This document shows, piece after piece, positions 34,401-42,329 of a DNA stretch of 46,672 nucleotides. The translations under genes were made by a program, and so were the position numbers. Source of the stretch: a virus (taxonomy: Duplodnaviria > Caudoviricetes); the IMG/VR virus record IMGVR_UViG_3300006046_000003, positions 1 through 46,672 of that record; one strand, 5' to 3'. The notes under the pieces are model-generated. The model was not told the origin of the DNA. It saw only the letters and a list, made by a program, of their open reading frames with translations, and made no database searches. The stretch's first letter is position 1. Each line of letters begins with the position of its first letter.

Positions 34401-37007
34401 GATGCTGCTAAAGATTATCTTCAGGCTTTCTCTGAATACTCAGCTACTCCTGTTGAAGTTAGCTTAACCAGTAATAAATTTAAGGGTCCAAACTATCAGC
34501 ATCTTAATCTGAATGCACATGTTCCAGTACGAGCAGTGCCAAATGGTCAACTAGTATCTCAGGGTACTGCTCCCGGAGGTGATTATACTATCACTATTCC
34601 AGATAATGCAAGATGGGGTAAAGCAAGTAGCACTGTTGTAGTTATTAATAATAGGGGTATGTTTCAGGGTATTGAAACTGTCTACGGAGATACTGGAAAA
34701 ATCCCAAATCATGTCATAGTAAATATTGAACCTAATGTTCCAGCTAATGATGCACAAAGATATCCATTAACTGCACCAACTAGAGAACACATGAAAGATG
34801 AGTTCAAAGCTGAAATAGTAAGAGCAATAAATAAAGATATAATGAAGAAGGCGGCAGATAATGCCCGACAAGATCTTCAAGGTGCATATGATGGATTACA
34901 GCCTGCTCCAGATCCTAAAACTGGACAACCTCTACCATTCGTAGTTCATGATTCAGGTGATCGCTACACACCTGATGAATTAGCACATCTCAATGGTAGT
35001 AGGCACGTTCAGGCTGCTGCTAGTGTAATGAAGTCCATATTGGACAAATTAAATGCACTATTTCCAACTGAACAAGTAGGCGGAAAAACATCAAAATTCG
35101 GATTTATATCTGGAGATGCCGGTAGTGGTGGAGTAAATCTACCTAATCCTTCTAGTAGTAGGGATAATGCTCTATTAGTGAATCTGATGGGTTCTATCGC
35201 AGAACATCCAGATAATCCTAATCGAGTAGCTCAGAGATTAGTCCATATTATTGGACATGAATTCAATCACAATATTTCACGTAATGAAGGTGCTGGATTT
35301 ACGTGGAGTCTTGCTGAAGTTTATACACGATGGGATTTGGAGGATCAGTTAAGTGCCAAACAAGCCTTTCTCACAGCTCTCACCGGACCAGATGGAAAGT
35401 ATGCTCCAGAAGTTCAGGACTTACTACGGGAATATCTTGAATCAAGAAGGCGCGGAGACACTACAGTCGATCTTCTCAAGCGATCGGGAAGCAGCTATGT
35501 CCTTGAAGACCCAGGACAAGGAGGAGATGCTAATGATGGTGGATATGATGGAGAAAGAACTGCTTCCTTCGCCCAATCAGGAAGTAAAGGCCCAATCATC
35601 GGACCAGCAGATACGCCCGAGAAACCGTTATCAGTAGTACGTGAGGCTATAAACTTCACACGCGGTGCTACTACAACGGGTGATCTATCTGCTCCTATGA
35701 GACAAGGATTACCACTCATTTTCCGTAAGGAATGGTGGAAATCATGGAAGCAACAGGTCACATCATTAGGCTCTGAAAAGGCGTATCAAGCTAGTCTTGC
35801 AGAACTAAAGAAAAGGCCGATATTCCAAAGTCGTATTGACTTAGATCCTAACTCTCGAACATTTGGTAAGAAAACTAAGTCATTTGCTGAACAAGCTGGA
35901 ATCAAGTTATCTGATGTAAGTAGTGGACTTGGTGGAAGAGAAGAAGCTGTAGCATCTAATTGGCTTGAAACTGGTGAGATGCTAGGTCACGGCATAGCTC
36001 AGAAGGGATATAAGGCTACTATTGGTCGATACGCGCGTGCTACCAATAGGGCATATACGGCCTTCCTAAATCAACTCCGAGCCGATACATTTGAAGCTCT
36101 GTTGAAAGATGCTGAGAGAGATTTCAAGGGAGGAACTAAAGGTGCTAAGAATCCATTTGAGGATCTTACATTCGCTAAGGAAATAGCTGATTACGTCAAT
36201 ACAGCTACTGGTAAGGGACCACTTAAGATGGCTCGTCCATCAGTGGAAGGTGGTAGATTACACATCGTAGAATCGAATTTTGAGCGGAATGCACAGCTGT
36301 TAACGGATGTGTTATTTGCACCTAGATTGTTCGCATCACGTATGCGAATGCTCAATCCTGCCACCTATATGATGGCTAGTCCTTTCGTACGTAAGCAATA
36401 TCTGAAATCAGCCCTAGCAGTAGCAGGTGCATGGGGTACTGTAAGTGGATTAGGCTACATGGCAGGTCAGGCTGGTATTGCAGATGTCGATGTCAGTATG
36501 GATCCTAATAGTGCTGACTTCGGTAAGATGCGTATTAACAACACGCGCCTCGATCCGGCTGGCGGATTCCAACAGTATCTCGTAGCTCTGAGTCGTCTGA
36601 TCAGTGGTAGAACTACCAGTTCAGCTACTCAACGTGACACTGAATTAGGTGTCGGATTCCATGCTGATACGAGGAAGGATATAGCCGAACGATTCATGGT
36701 GAATAAGCTCACTCCTGTGATGAAATTCGGATGGGATCTAATGGCTGCATCACAGTATCAGCCCTTCCACGTAGCTGATCGTACTGCCCAATTATTCGTG
36801 CCATTGATTGTTCAGGACGTATTGGAATTAGCTAAGGAAGATCCATCCCTGTTACCATTAATCGCACCAATAGCAACAGGGATGGGCAGTCAGACCTATG
36901 ACAAGGGTGAATCTGTAGGTAAACTCGTTCCAACTGAGAACGATTGGATCCTACAGGGTGGTGATCCCATGCAGAGAGATTGGGCTGCTGATATTCCCGA
37001 TTTCTAG
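31473..37007 (+). CDS. giant polyvalent ejection protein with an internal GHKL ATPase and HExxH zincin-like motif
   Basis: N-terminal Gly/Ala membrane-like helices; KELLQNAIDA, TDQGPGL, GEMGVGK and GTSVTI; HIIGHEFNH; helical C-terminal region typical of large ejection proteins. Confidence 0.85.
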   Translation: MPPQKKTLDDLSWLPDQVDPEEEKKKKLKAVLDQLPDQHEVAKPEERSWPEAITSQGLRIVPGVAGAILGGTAGSIVPFAGTTAGTAIGGAAGAAIGETAGEAFDKWMGRRDNINPWEITTQGILGAVPIMGETPGVGAGVKELTKHALRAPIRGAAEGAVLGGIGSIPSSWAETGESPDLSEFLKASAGGAAFGAVTGGVFGSHPAMRRARGLQAIEAGAGKTTTDLNVPPPPPPPNGGATGILPRVPAATPPPADKYAPPTMTLTPAKPGDHVITVNPADTGQVESFRKQGYVPSNVATDGSFQMVRPGGPPPTPTVAAPNAPPTASTGTEIAAVGNSFSYYHEDPIIIPRQQMSAALFQKFKEQGIEFVSVTQDGSSVFRDTGRVPERESNSLAAPNEEMHDASFLGRPKNEPDRTINLDTGEVTPIHPPLDIHAQTRLQDIGSTDRTEASMMSDPNVPGSGFDKNKSFEDQWQEAINHAEILGVRWQDHTNLEDLQLANSKRNTEIIMKTGKDPLNPSAEDPVKKGVEMAQLDYAIRGDKYLEPEIWEPKESDPPEIAEKRRELNDLNFEQEVLLFEEKPGAEGPVLSPEKIDRYNQLHQELTEFDEYGPTRGLASMERPTGEEELPDRTQASIMERPEHGNPRVIDLFRKGLKPTQNTRLARFILPDGTLLEGIHPGAVHARSAEAVGSNLEEALRSGVVRFSGAGIETHGRITYEQADAAIYAMQTEGMTDVFIDGRFPDGTTFWEPIDLNRATPERVMNLVNKQFDLFERGGSEPSFMSRWSGKSDDEFVRMELGDRVQMLRNMQGQYANVGARVANKELLQNAIDATVTGGKVSVHINYDTTGKGPSLTVTDQGPGLPLDMLRNEYTKLTGSGKRGVGAASGRKSIGEMGVGKATYLLGTDAFYVETVTKEPDGSVWKYELEGTPDAMIGEDVHGNPVDPVKINKTRMPNDAQTGTSVTIYDKKVGNLDAAKDYLQAFSEYSATPVEVSLTSNKFKGPNYQHLNLNAHVPVRAVPNGQLVSQGTAPGGDYTITIPDNARWGKASSTVVVINNRGMFQGIETVYGDTGKIPNHVIVNIEPNVPANDAQRYPLTAPTREHMKDEFKAEIVRAINKDIMKKAADNARQDLQGAYDGLQPAPDPKTGQPLPFVVHDSGDRYTPDELAHLNGSRHVQAAASVMKSILDKLNALFPTEQVGGKTSKFGFISGDAGSGGVNLPNPSSSRDNALLVNLMGSIAEHPDNPNRVAQRLVHIIGHEFNHNISRNEGAGFTWSLAEVYTRWDLEDQLSAKQAFLTALTGPDGKYAPEVQDLLREYLESRRRGDTTVDLLKRSGSSYVLEDPGQGGDANDGGYDGERTASFAQSGSKGPIIGPADTPEKPLSVVREAINFTRGATTTGDLSAPMRQGLPLIFRKEWWKSWKQQVTSLGSEKAYQASLAELKKRPIFQSRIDLDPNSRTFGKKTKSFAEQAGIKLSDVSSGLGGREEAVASNWLETGEMLGHGIAQKGYKATIGRYARATNRAYTAFLNQLRADTFEALLKDAERDFKGGTKGAKNPFEDLTFAKEIADYVNTATGKGPLKMARPSVEGGRLHIVESNFERNAQLLTDVLFAPRLFASRMRMLNPATYMMASPFVRKQYLKSALAVAGAWGTVSGLGYMAGQAGIADVDVSMDPNSADFGKMRINNTRLDPAGGFQQYLVALSRLISGRTTSSATQRDTELGVGFHADTRKDIAERFMVNKLTPVMKFGWDLMAASQYQPFHVADRTAQLFVPLIVQDVLELAKEDPSLLPLIAPIATGMGSQTYDKGESVGKLVPTENDWILQGGDPMQRDWAADIPDF

Positions 37008-37225
37008 TCCTCTAAGATATTGACTAGACCGGCGCGTGGACCCTTTGGTGAGGGGACAGATTCAAATACTACGAGTATTGGCTGTCCTCTCTCCGCATCC
37101 ATGCACATCTCATCGAAGCTACCATCCTGCAAGTCCTGACGATGGAAGAAATATTCTGTTCCATCATCACCCTTAATAAATCCGTAGCCCTTATCACTCA
37201 TTACACGCGTCACTTTACCGTTCAT
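37004..37225 (-). CDS. cold-shock domain (OB-fold) protein (start re-assigned to 37225)
   Basis: GKVTRV...KGYGFI...YFFH...KGPRA; GGAG RBS. Confidence 0.9.
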   Translation of the reverse strand: MNGKVTRVMSDKGYGFIKGDDGTEYFFHRQDLQDGSFDEMCMDAERGQPILVVFESVPSPKGPRAGLVNILED

Positions 37226-37407
37226 TTTGATCTCTCCAATCGACAACGCCAATCTGCACATCTCTCATTACGACCATGATTCGTCAATCCACACACGCAT
37301 TTCCACGGAGGTACGTTCATAAACCATCTAACGTAGTCGTTGTCTGTTTTGGGTAGTTGTATAGGTTCTGGTTTTTCGATGGTATAAGTTGGTAGTGGGA
37401 TGATCAT
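37222..37407 (-). CDS. small protein with a RanBP2-like Zn finger (start re-assigned)
   Basis: WKCVCGLTN...CADWRC; ATGA coupling. Confidence 0.6.
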   Translation of the reverse strand: MIIPLPTYTIEKPEPIQLPKTDNDYVRWFMNVPPWKCVCGLTNHGRNERCADWRCRLERSK

Positions 37408-37583
37408 TCCCGATATCCTCTCATTACGGCTTCGACCGTATAGAACGGAAATTGGGTAGTAACGAAATCCACGCATTTCTCGTGAGTATCGATGTTCTCT
37501 GGATCATAAACACGCACCACGATTCGCTCCACTGATGCCTTCGGATCTTTCGGCTTCAACGAAACTTCAAATACCGGAGTCAT
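37404..37583 (-). CDS. hypothetical protein, 59 aa (not in ORF track)
   Basis: MTPVFEVSLKPKDPKASVERIVVRVYDPENIDTHEKCVDFVTTQFPFYTVEAVMRGYRE; ATGA overlaps at both ends. Confidence 0.65.
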   Translation of the reverse strand: MTPVFEVSLKPKDPKASVERIVVRVYDPENIDTHEKCVDFVTTQFPFYTVEAVMRGYRE

Positions 37584-37858
37584 AGTAATGCGTTAGCAAT
37601 CCTTCCCTTGAGTTCTTCATTTTCTTTAGCTAACGCCTCGCACTTCTCTTCCCATGCGCGAAGGGTCTGGTAGGCAAGTCCAGCATCAACATCGGCGCGA
37701 CGTTTAGCGTCCTTCTCCAGTGCCTCGCACCGTGCGGTGAGGAAGGCACACACCTGATGCACGTTAGATTGTTCATAAACTAGCATCGATTCTTCCGCTC
37801 CACAATCAATCAGGTCTGAGATAGTGCGCGGTATCAATGTCGGGGTCTGTTCACTCAT
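37580..37858 (-). CDS. hypothetical coiled-coil protein
   Basis: GAGGT RBS; internal repeat CEALEK/CEALAK. Confidence 0.7.
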   Translation of the reverse strand: MSEQTPTLIPRTISDLIDCGAEESMLVYEQSNVHQVCAFLTARCEALEKDAKRRADVDAGLAYQTLRAWEEKCEALAKENEELKGRIANALL

Positions 37859-37870
37859 GATGTGGACCTC

Positions 37871-39148
37871 TCATTTCTGTTTTCCCGCGTATAGCTTCTT
37901 CAGTTCATTTACCATATTGTCTGGCATTACATAGATGATCTGATTTCCCATGGTTTCCGTTTTAATCATGCCTGCCTGATCGAATGACATCATGATTTCA
38001 TCGATTTCATTTGCATCCTTGTAATGTGCCCACATTCGCTTTAACATCATCGCTCGACTGATCTGATGCGTGTCACGACTGAGCAGTTCATTCATTATCA
38101 GACTCTTGATGTTCTTAGCTTCTGATAATCCCTTCTTTCCATGAGTCATCTCACGCACGTTACCCACTAGTTTCTCACAATAGACAACGGCTAATTCCAT
38201 AGCCTCTTCATCTATCACGAGATTGGGTTGTCTAGCGAGAGATAACAACATGGCTACCTTTAGAACAGAATCACCAAATCGATTCAATGTACCAGTTTCA
38301 TCTTTGGTGTCTTGCGCCTGCATCTGATCGATGAAACCTTCATACCATTGCTGGTACATCAGACCGGCTGGCGTAAAATAATTAGTTTCTCCTGATTCCT
38401 TCTCCACATGAGGAATCTTGAAATCGCCTCCTTCAGTTCGACTTGCTAACGCCTGAAATGGACCCGTCAGATTACTCAATTCCTTTAAGTAATCCGTCAG
38501 TTCAGCATACTTCGGCGGATTAATTAATGGAACGAGTAGTGAGTTAGCTCGATTCCGCTTATTCTCTGCGATGATGAACGTACGTGCAAAGTAACCCCCA
38601 TGTATGTCCTTCCGTGCAAAGAAGTCATTCGAGTGGGCCTCATTTGTCGCCGTCAACATGGTTATTGTTGGGTCTTTTAGATTGAAAGACTCCATTTTGA
38701 GTAGGCTGCGCCACTCACCAATATTGTACTGGCGATCATAGAGGTCAGTCAGAATGTCGGTTGCTACTTTGTCTTCAACTATCGAACTAGTTAATTCCGA
38801 TGAACAGATGAATGCTGTACTCTTAGAATTCACCTTACCACCGGGTTGAGTCTGGGCAGTCCCTAATTCCTTCAGTATCCCCTGAATAGATGATCTGCCA
38901 CTAATGATGCGTGTCCCGTTTACCGCCTTGACAAGTTGTTTAGCCATGCTGATAGGTGGTCCCTTCTTCAGACCAGATTCAGCATGATACATCACGTAGA
39001 TGTTCGGATAGAGATTGTAGATTTGTCGGTCCATCCAAACATTGTCTTTTACTACGGCGGATATGGCTGCGAGTCCTCCCCACAACCAAAAGTTCATCGG
39101 ACTTTCTAGTTCGCTATGTTGACTCAGTAGCTTTTCTAACCATGTCAA
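37871..39148 (-). CDS. DUF3987/YfjI-like P-loop NTPase, candidate replicative helicase
   Basis: ESP..F.LW..L..IS, LYPNIYV...ESGLKKG (degenerate Walker A), LTDLYD, GGYFARTF and VLKVAMLLS; directly after PolA. Confidence 0.7.
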   Translation of the reverse strand: MTWLEKLLSQHSELESPMNFWLWGGLAAISAVVKDNVWMDRQIYNLYPNIYVMYHAESGLKKGPPISMAKQLVKAVNGTRIISGRSSIQGILKELGTAQTQPGGKVNSKSTAFICSSELTSSIVEDKVATDILTDLYDRQYNIGEWRSLLKMESFNLKDPTITMLTATNEAHSNDFFARKDIHGGYFARTFIIAENKRNRANSLLVPLINPPKYAELTDYLKELSNLTGPFQALASRTEGGDFKIPHVEKESGETNYFTPAGLMYQQWYEGFIDQMQAQDTKDETGTLNRFGDSVLKVAMLLSLARQPNLVIDEEAMELAVVYCEKLVGNVREMTHGKKGLSEAKNIKSLIMNELLSRDTHQISRAMMLKRMWAHYKDANEIDEIMMSFDQAGMIKTETMGNQIIYVMPDNMVNELKKLYAGKQK

Positions 39149-39157
39149 TGGAACCCC

Positions 39158-41773
39158 TTAGAACGGTATATCATCGTCCTTACTGAATTTTAGTTCATCT
39201 CTCTTACTAAACATTTCGTCACGAACCTCCTCATCAGTTACCGTGAATTGTTCAGTTACAGTCAATTCTCTTACATTGATTAGTTCTGGTACCTCGATTC
39301 TAACAGGTTCATCCTTTCCTTTGAACTTTCGTAAATCCTTGTAATTCTCACCAACTTCTACATCACATGGTATCTTAAGAAACCGCCTTGGGAGAGAGCA
39401 ATTCGTGAAATTAATCGGACGCTCCATCTCCTTTTTCGCTAGCGGAATAAACTCATCAAGATACTCTGCTCTAATCGAGAATAGAAGCGCGTCATGCGCC
39501 TCAAGAATAATTTTTGCCTCTCTGAATTGTTTCTTAATCCTAATACCTGCTGCTTTGGTATTATCAGACACGGCTCGTTGAGGGATGTAGGCCAGAGCCT
39601 CTCTGAACAAGTCATCACCCCATCTTTCATAGAATATACGAACACCACCTCGTTCTGCATCAATCCCCCACGGTAATGGGGCGACTAAACGTCGCGTTAG
39701 TTTTAGACATTCAATGATCTGTGCGTGGAATACACGCTGAATTTTCGGCTGACGCGCATGGAATATTTTCAATGCACGGTCGGCGATCCCTTCGTTGATC
39801 GTGATTGGGATTTTATATTTACGTGCTTGGGTGTTAAGTTCGGTACTTGCTCTCCTCGCGCCCGCTCCAAGATGGCCCGCATGACGTAGAGTCTTCCCTG
39901 CGAATCGTATTGGCGATTCGTACCCCAATACTTTCTTGGAATAGTCAGCCTCCGTACCACCGAAAAACCAGCTCGCAGTAAGTGCATGATAGTCATGTTC
40001 ATCAATATCCTTTAATGCTTGTTCGTCAGTTGCCAAGTTAAACACTACACGTGCTTCTGCCTGAGAACTATCCAAATTAACAAATATTTCTCCCTCATCT
40101 GGGAGATACATTCCACGTACATCCGCTCCAATATCACCATGCTTAGTGAATACTTGGAAGGCTGTACCCATAACCTTCATGTCTTTCTTGGCACCTTTGC
40201 CAACTACGTCAACTAGTGGTCTGATTGGTGGTTCCTGCTGGCCTGTGGAACTACGACCAGTATTGAGGCAGGGGAAACACGTAGTCCGCATCTTCTTATC
40301 GTAGTCTGGTATTGCAAAGAGATACGTACTAACTGTCTTCTTAACTCGTCTCCTCTCTAAACACTTCTCAATCCATTCTCTCTGATCAGGTGCCTTGACT
40401 CCACTCTTCAGATTCAATAATGCTGTGAGTTCCTCTTCTCCGACTCCGGGTCTACGTGGTAACTTCCACTCGTCAAATAGGAATGAATAAACCTGCACAG
40501 GTGAGTTGACATTTATGTCTACCCCTGCTATCTTGTACATCTCATAACCAAGCCGTTCATCCCATGTGACGTACTTCTCGATAAGCTCTAATCTTTTCTC
40601 CTCATCTATTCTGAATCCGTTGTTCTCAATTTCGGCATAGAAATCAGGAAGTTTCATCAAGAAATTCTTGTAGAACTTCGTTATGCCGAGTTCCTCCAAG
40701 TCCGCGTCCATCGCTTCGTCTATTTCGAGTGTGACACAAGCGTCACGAGCACATCCGACCAATAGATCTCTAATTGACCCTTCATACATACCATCATCTT
40801 TATAGAAGGGTTCTCTAGTATAGATACTTGTATTAAATGCAAGCCCCTTAGGGAGTTCAGGGTTAATTGCAAAGGCCTTGAGCATAGTATCTGAGTGTAT
40901 TCGTCTGATGGAAAATCCCAATCGTTTGAGTTTGTCTCTATCGTAGTTGAAGTTTTGTCCGACAATGTGTTTACTCCATAAGACGTTAGTTAACATCATC
41001 CAACACGCGGCCAAGTCAGAATCAGGTATAGTACTGATTCCGTCACGATTCCATAGAGGTACGACCATACCATGGGACTTGTTGAATGATAAGCCAATAC
41101 ATATAGGGAGACAATGACCACCAGCCTCGATGTCAACTGACATCTTCTTGTGATCTTTATATTTTTCCAGAAATTCATATAAGTCACCAGAGTTACGACA
41201 TACCTGAAGAACTCTACCGGGTATGTTTAACTGTGGATCTAATCTTTCATCCCATGCTCTTTTGAAGTCAAAGATCATTACCTGTCTATTCCAGTAGCCC
41301 TTGATCTCTCCACCCGCACCACTATGTAGCAGATGCGCGGGATGATAGGTAGGCACAAACTTGTGATCCATACCCCACATAAGAGATCCACGGTGTTTCG
41401 TGATCTTATCCTTCCCTGATAATGCCCAAAGAGCAGTCCCACCGAGAGCGAGAATAACATTAGGTTTAATCTCATTAATCTCCACTCTCAACTCAGACAA
41501 CTGTTGATCCATATCAATGCCATGATTTCTAGCTCTGACATGGAACGGTAGTTTTTTACGTGCAGTATTAGGAGGAACTTCATACTTACAGACGTTGGTA
41601 ATCCAACAATCAGAACGTGGAATACCAGCGTCCTTAAGTAGTCGGTCTAATTCTCGTCCTGATGGACCGACGAATGGTCTGCCTGCGTGTGTCTCTTCGT
41701 AACTAGGAGCTTCACCTAGTATTAGGACTTTAGCTCCAGTTGGTCCCATTCCGGGGACATACTTATGATCCAT
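39158..41773 (-). CDS. polA: family A DNA polymerase with N-terminal uracil-DNA-glycosylase-like domain (SPO1-type architecture)
   Basis: UDG: GEAP...GRPFVGPSG, ITNVCK, PTYHPA. Exonuclease: DIE, QNFNYD. Polymerase: TGR, DSSQAEAR, RFAGK, AHDAL. Confidence 0.93.
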   Translation of the reverse strand: MDHKYVPGMGPTGAKVLILGEAPSYEETHAGRPFVGPSGRELDRLLKDAGIPRSDCWITNVCKYEVPPNTARKKLPFHVRARNHGIDMDQQLSELRVEINEIKPNVILALGGTALWALSGKDKITKHRGSLMWGMDHKFVPTYHPAHLLHSGAGGEIKGYWNRQVMIFDFKRAWDERLDPQLNIPGRVLQVCRNSGDLYEFLEKYKDHKKMSVDIEAGGHCLPICIGLSFNKSHGMVVPLWNRDGISTIPDSDLAACWMMLTNVLWSKHIVGQNFNYDRDKLKRLGFSIRRIHSDTMLKAFAINPELPKGLAFNTSIYTREPFYKDDGMYEGSIRDLLVGCARDACVTLEIDEAMDADLEELGITKFYKNFLMKLPDFYAEIENNGFRIDEEKRLELIEKYVTWDERLGYEMYKIAGVDINVNSPVQVYSFLFDEWKLPRRPGVGEEELTALLNLKSGVKAPDQREWIEKCLERRRVKKTVSTYLFAIPDYDKKMRTTCFPCLNTGRSSTGQQEPPIRPLVDVVGKGAKKDMKVMGTAFQVFTKHGDIGADVRGMYLPDEGEIFVNLDSSQAEARVVFNLATDEQALKDIDEHDYHALTASWFFGGTEADYSKKVLGYESPIRFAGKTLRHAGHLGAGARRASTELNTQARKYKIPITINEGIADRALKIFHARQPKIQRVFHAQIIECLKLTRRLVAPLPWGIDAERGGVRIFYERWGDDLFREALAYIPQRAVSDNTKAAGIRIKKQFREAKIILEAHDALLFSIRAEYLDEFIPLAKKEMERPINFTNCSLPRRFLKIPCDVEVGENYKDLRKFKGKDEPVRIEVPELINVRELTVTEQFTVTDEEVRDEMFSKRDELKFSKDDDIPF

Positions 41774-41897
41774 TATCCGGTCCCTTAAACATTTTGGAAC
41801 ATACGTTACAGTACCAAAGTTTAATGATGGGCATCCACTCCATCATTGTAATGTCTCGATTACTACAGTAGGGGCACCTGACTGATGGGAGATTCAT
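41763..41897 (-). CDS. stand-alone Zn-ribbon protein, 44 aa (not in ORF track)
   Basis: MNLPSVRCPYCSNRDITMMEWMPIIKLWYCNVCSKMFKGPDNGS. Confidence 0.7.
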   Translation of the reverse strand: MNLPSVRCPYCSNRDITMMEWMPIIKLWYCNVCSKMFKGPDNGS

Positions 41898-42144
41898 TAG
41901 TTACTTCTTTCTTATCACCCTCAATTACGCGCACATGGATGGCACGATATCCCTTACCCGGAATTTGAATCGGAGTAAATTCGACAGTCATTCCAGTCTT
42001 CAGTTCGAGAAACGGCAGTGTATCCTGTTTCAAAGCAGTCCAATGAAAGAAGATACGTGTAAACTGAATTTCCTTAGATGAGATGAATCCCCATCCATCC
42101 TTACTTACCTTGATCACCCGTCCAATCGCTTTGTTGTCAGTCAT
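41863..42144 (-). CDS. second cold-shock domain protein (start re-assigned to 42144)
   Basis: GRVIKV..DGWGFI...IFFHWTAL...LKTGMTVEF...KGYRAIHV. Confidence 0.88.
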   Translation of the reverse strand: MTDNKAIGRVIKVSKDGWGFISSKEIQFTRIFFHWTALKQDTLPFLELKTGMTVEFTPIQIPGKGYRAIHVRVIEGDKKEVTNESPISQVPLL

Positions 42145-42163
42145 AACCTTCTTTATGGAAAAT

Positions 42164-42217
42164 AAAAAGCGGAGATACGCCCGTAATCTACAAAATTGCA
42201 GTTTTGGGCGTATCTCC
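42164..42217 (-). terminator. terminator-like hairpin upstream of the CSD gene
   Basis: GGAGATACGCCC/GGGCGTATCTCC 12-bp stem followed by GCTTTTTATTTT on the minus strand. Confidence 0.7.
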
Positions 42218-42221
42218 TGTC

Positions 42222-42322
42222 CGTTAGCCGCACATTGCAAGCATCAACTTGTATCCATGTTGACTGAATATCGACATCAGGCATCGATAAATTCTGAACT
42301 TCTCACAAGATGCAAACTAACG
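42222..42322 (-). ncRNA. candidate structured RNA (three-way junction)
   Basis: Outer stems CGTTAG/CTAACG and TGCATCTTGTGAG/CTTGCAATGTGCG; inner hairpins ATCGATG/TGTCGAT and TCAAC/GTTGA. Confidence 0.4.
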
Positions 42323-42329
42323 TATTCTG

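Noticed and set aside
31473-37007. N4-like virion RNA polymerase
   Set aside because: No RNAP catalytic motifs were recognised; the identifiable motifs are GHKL and HExxH.
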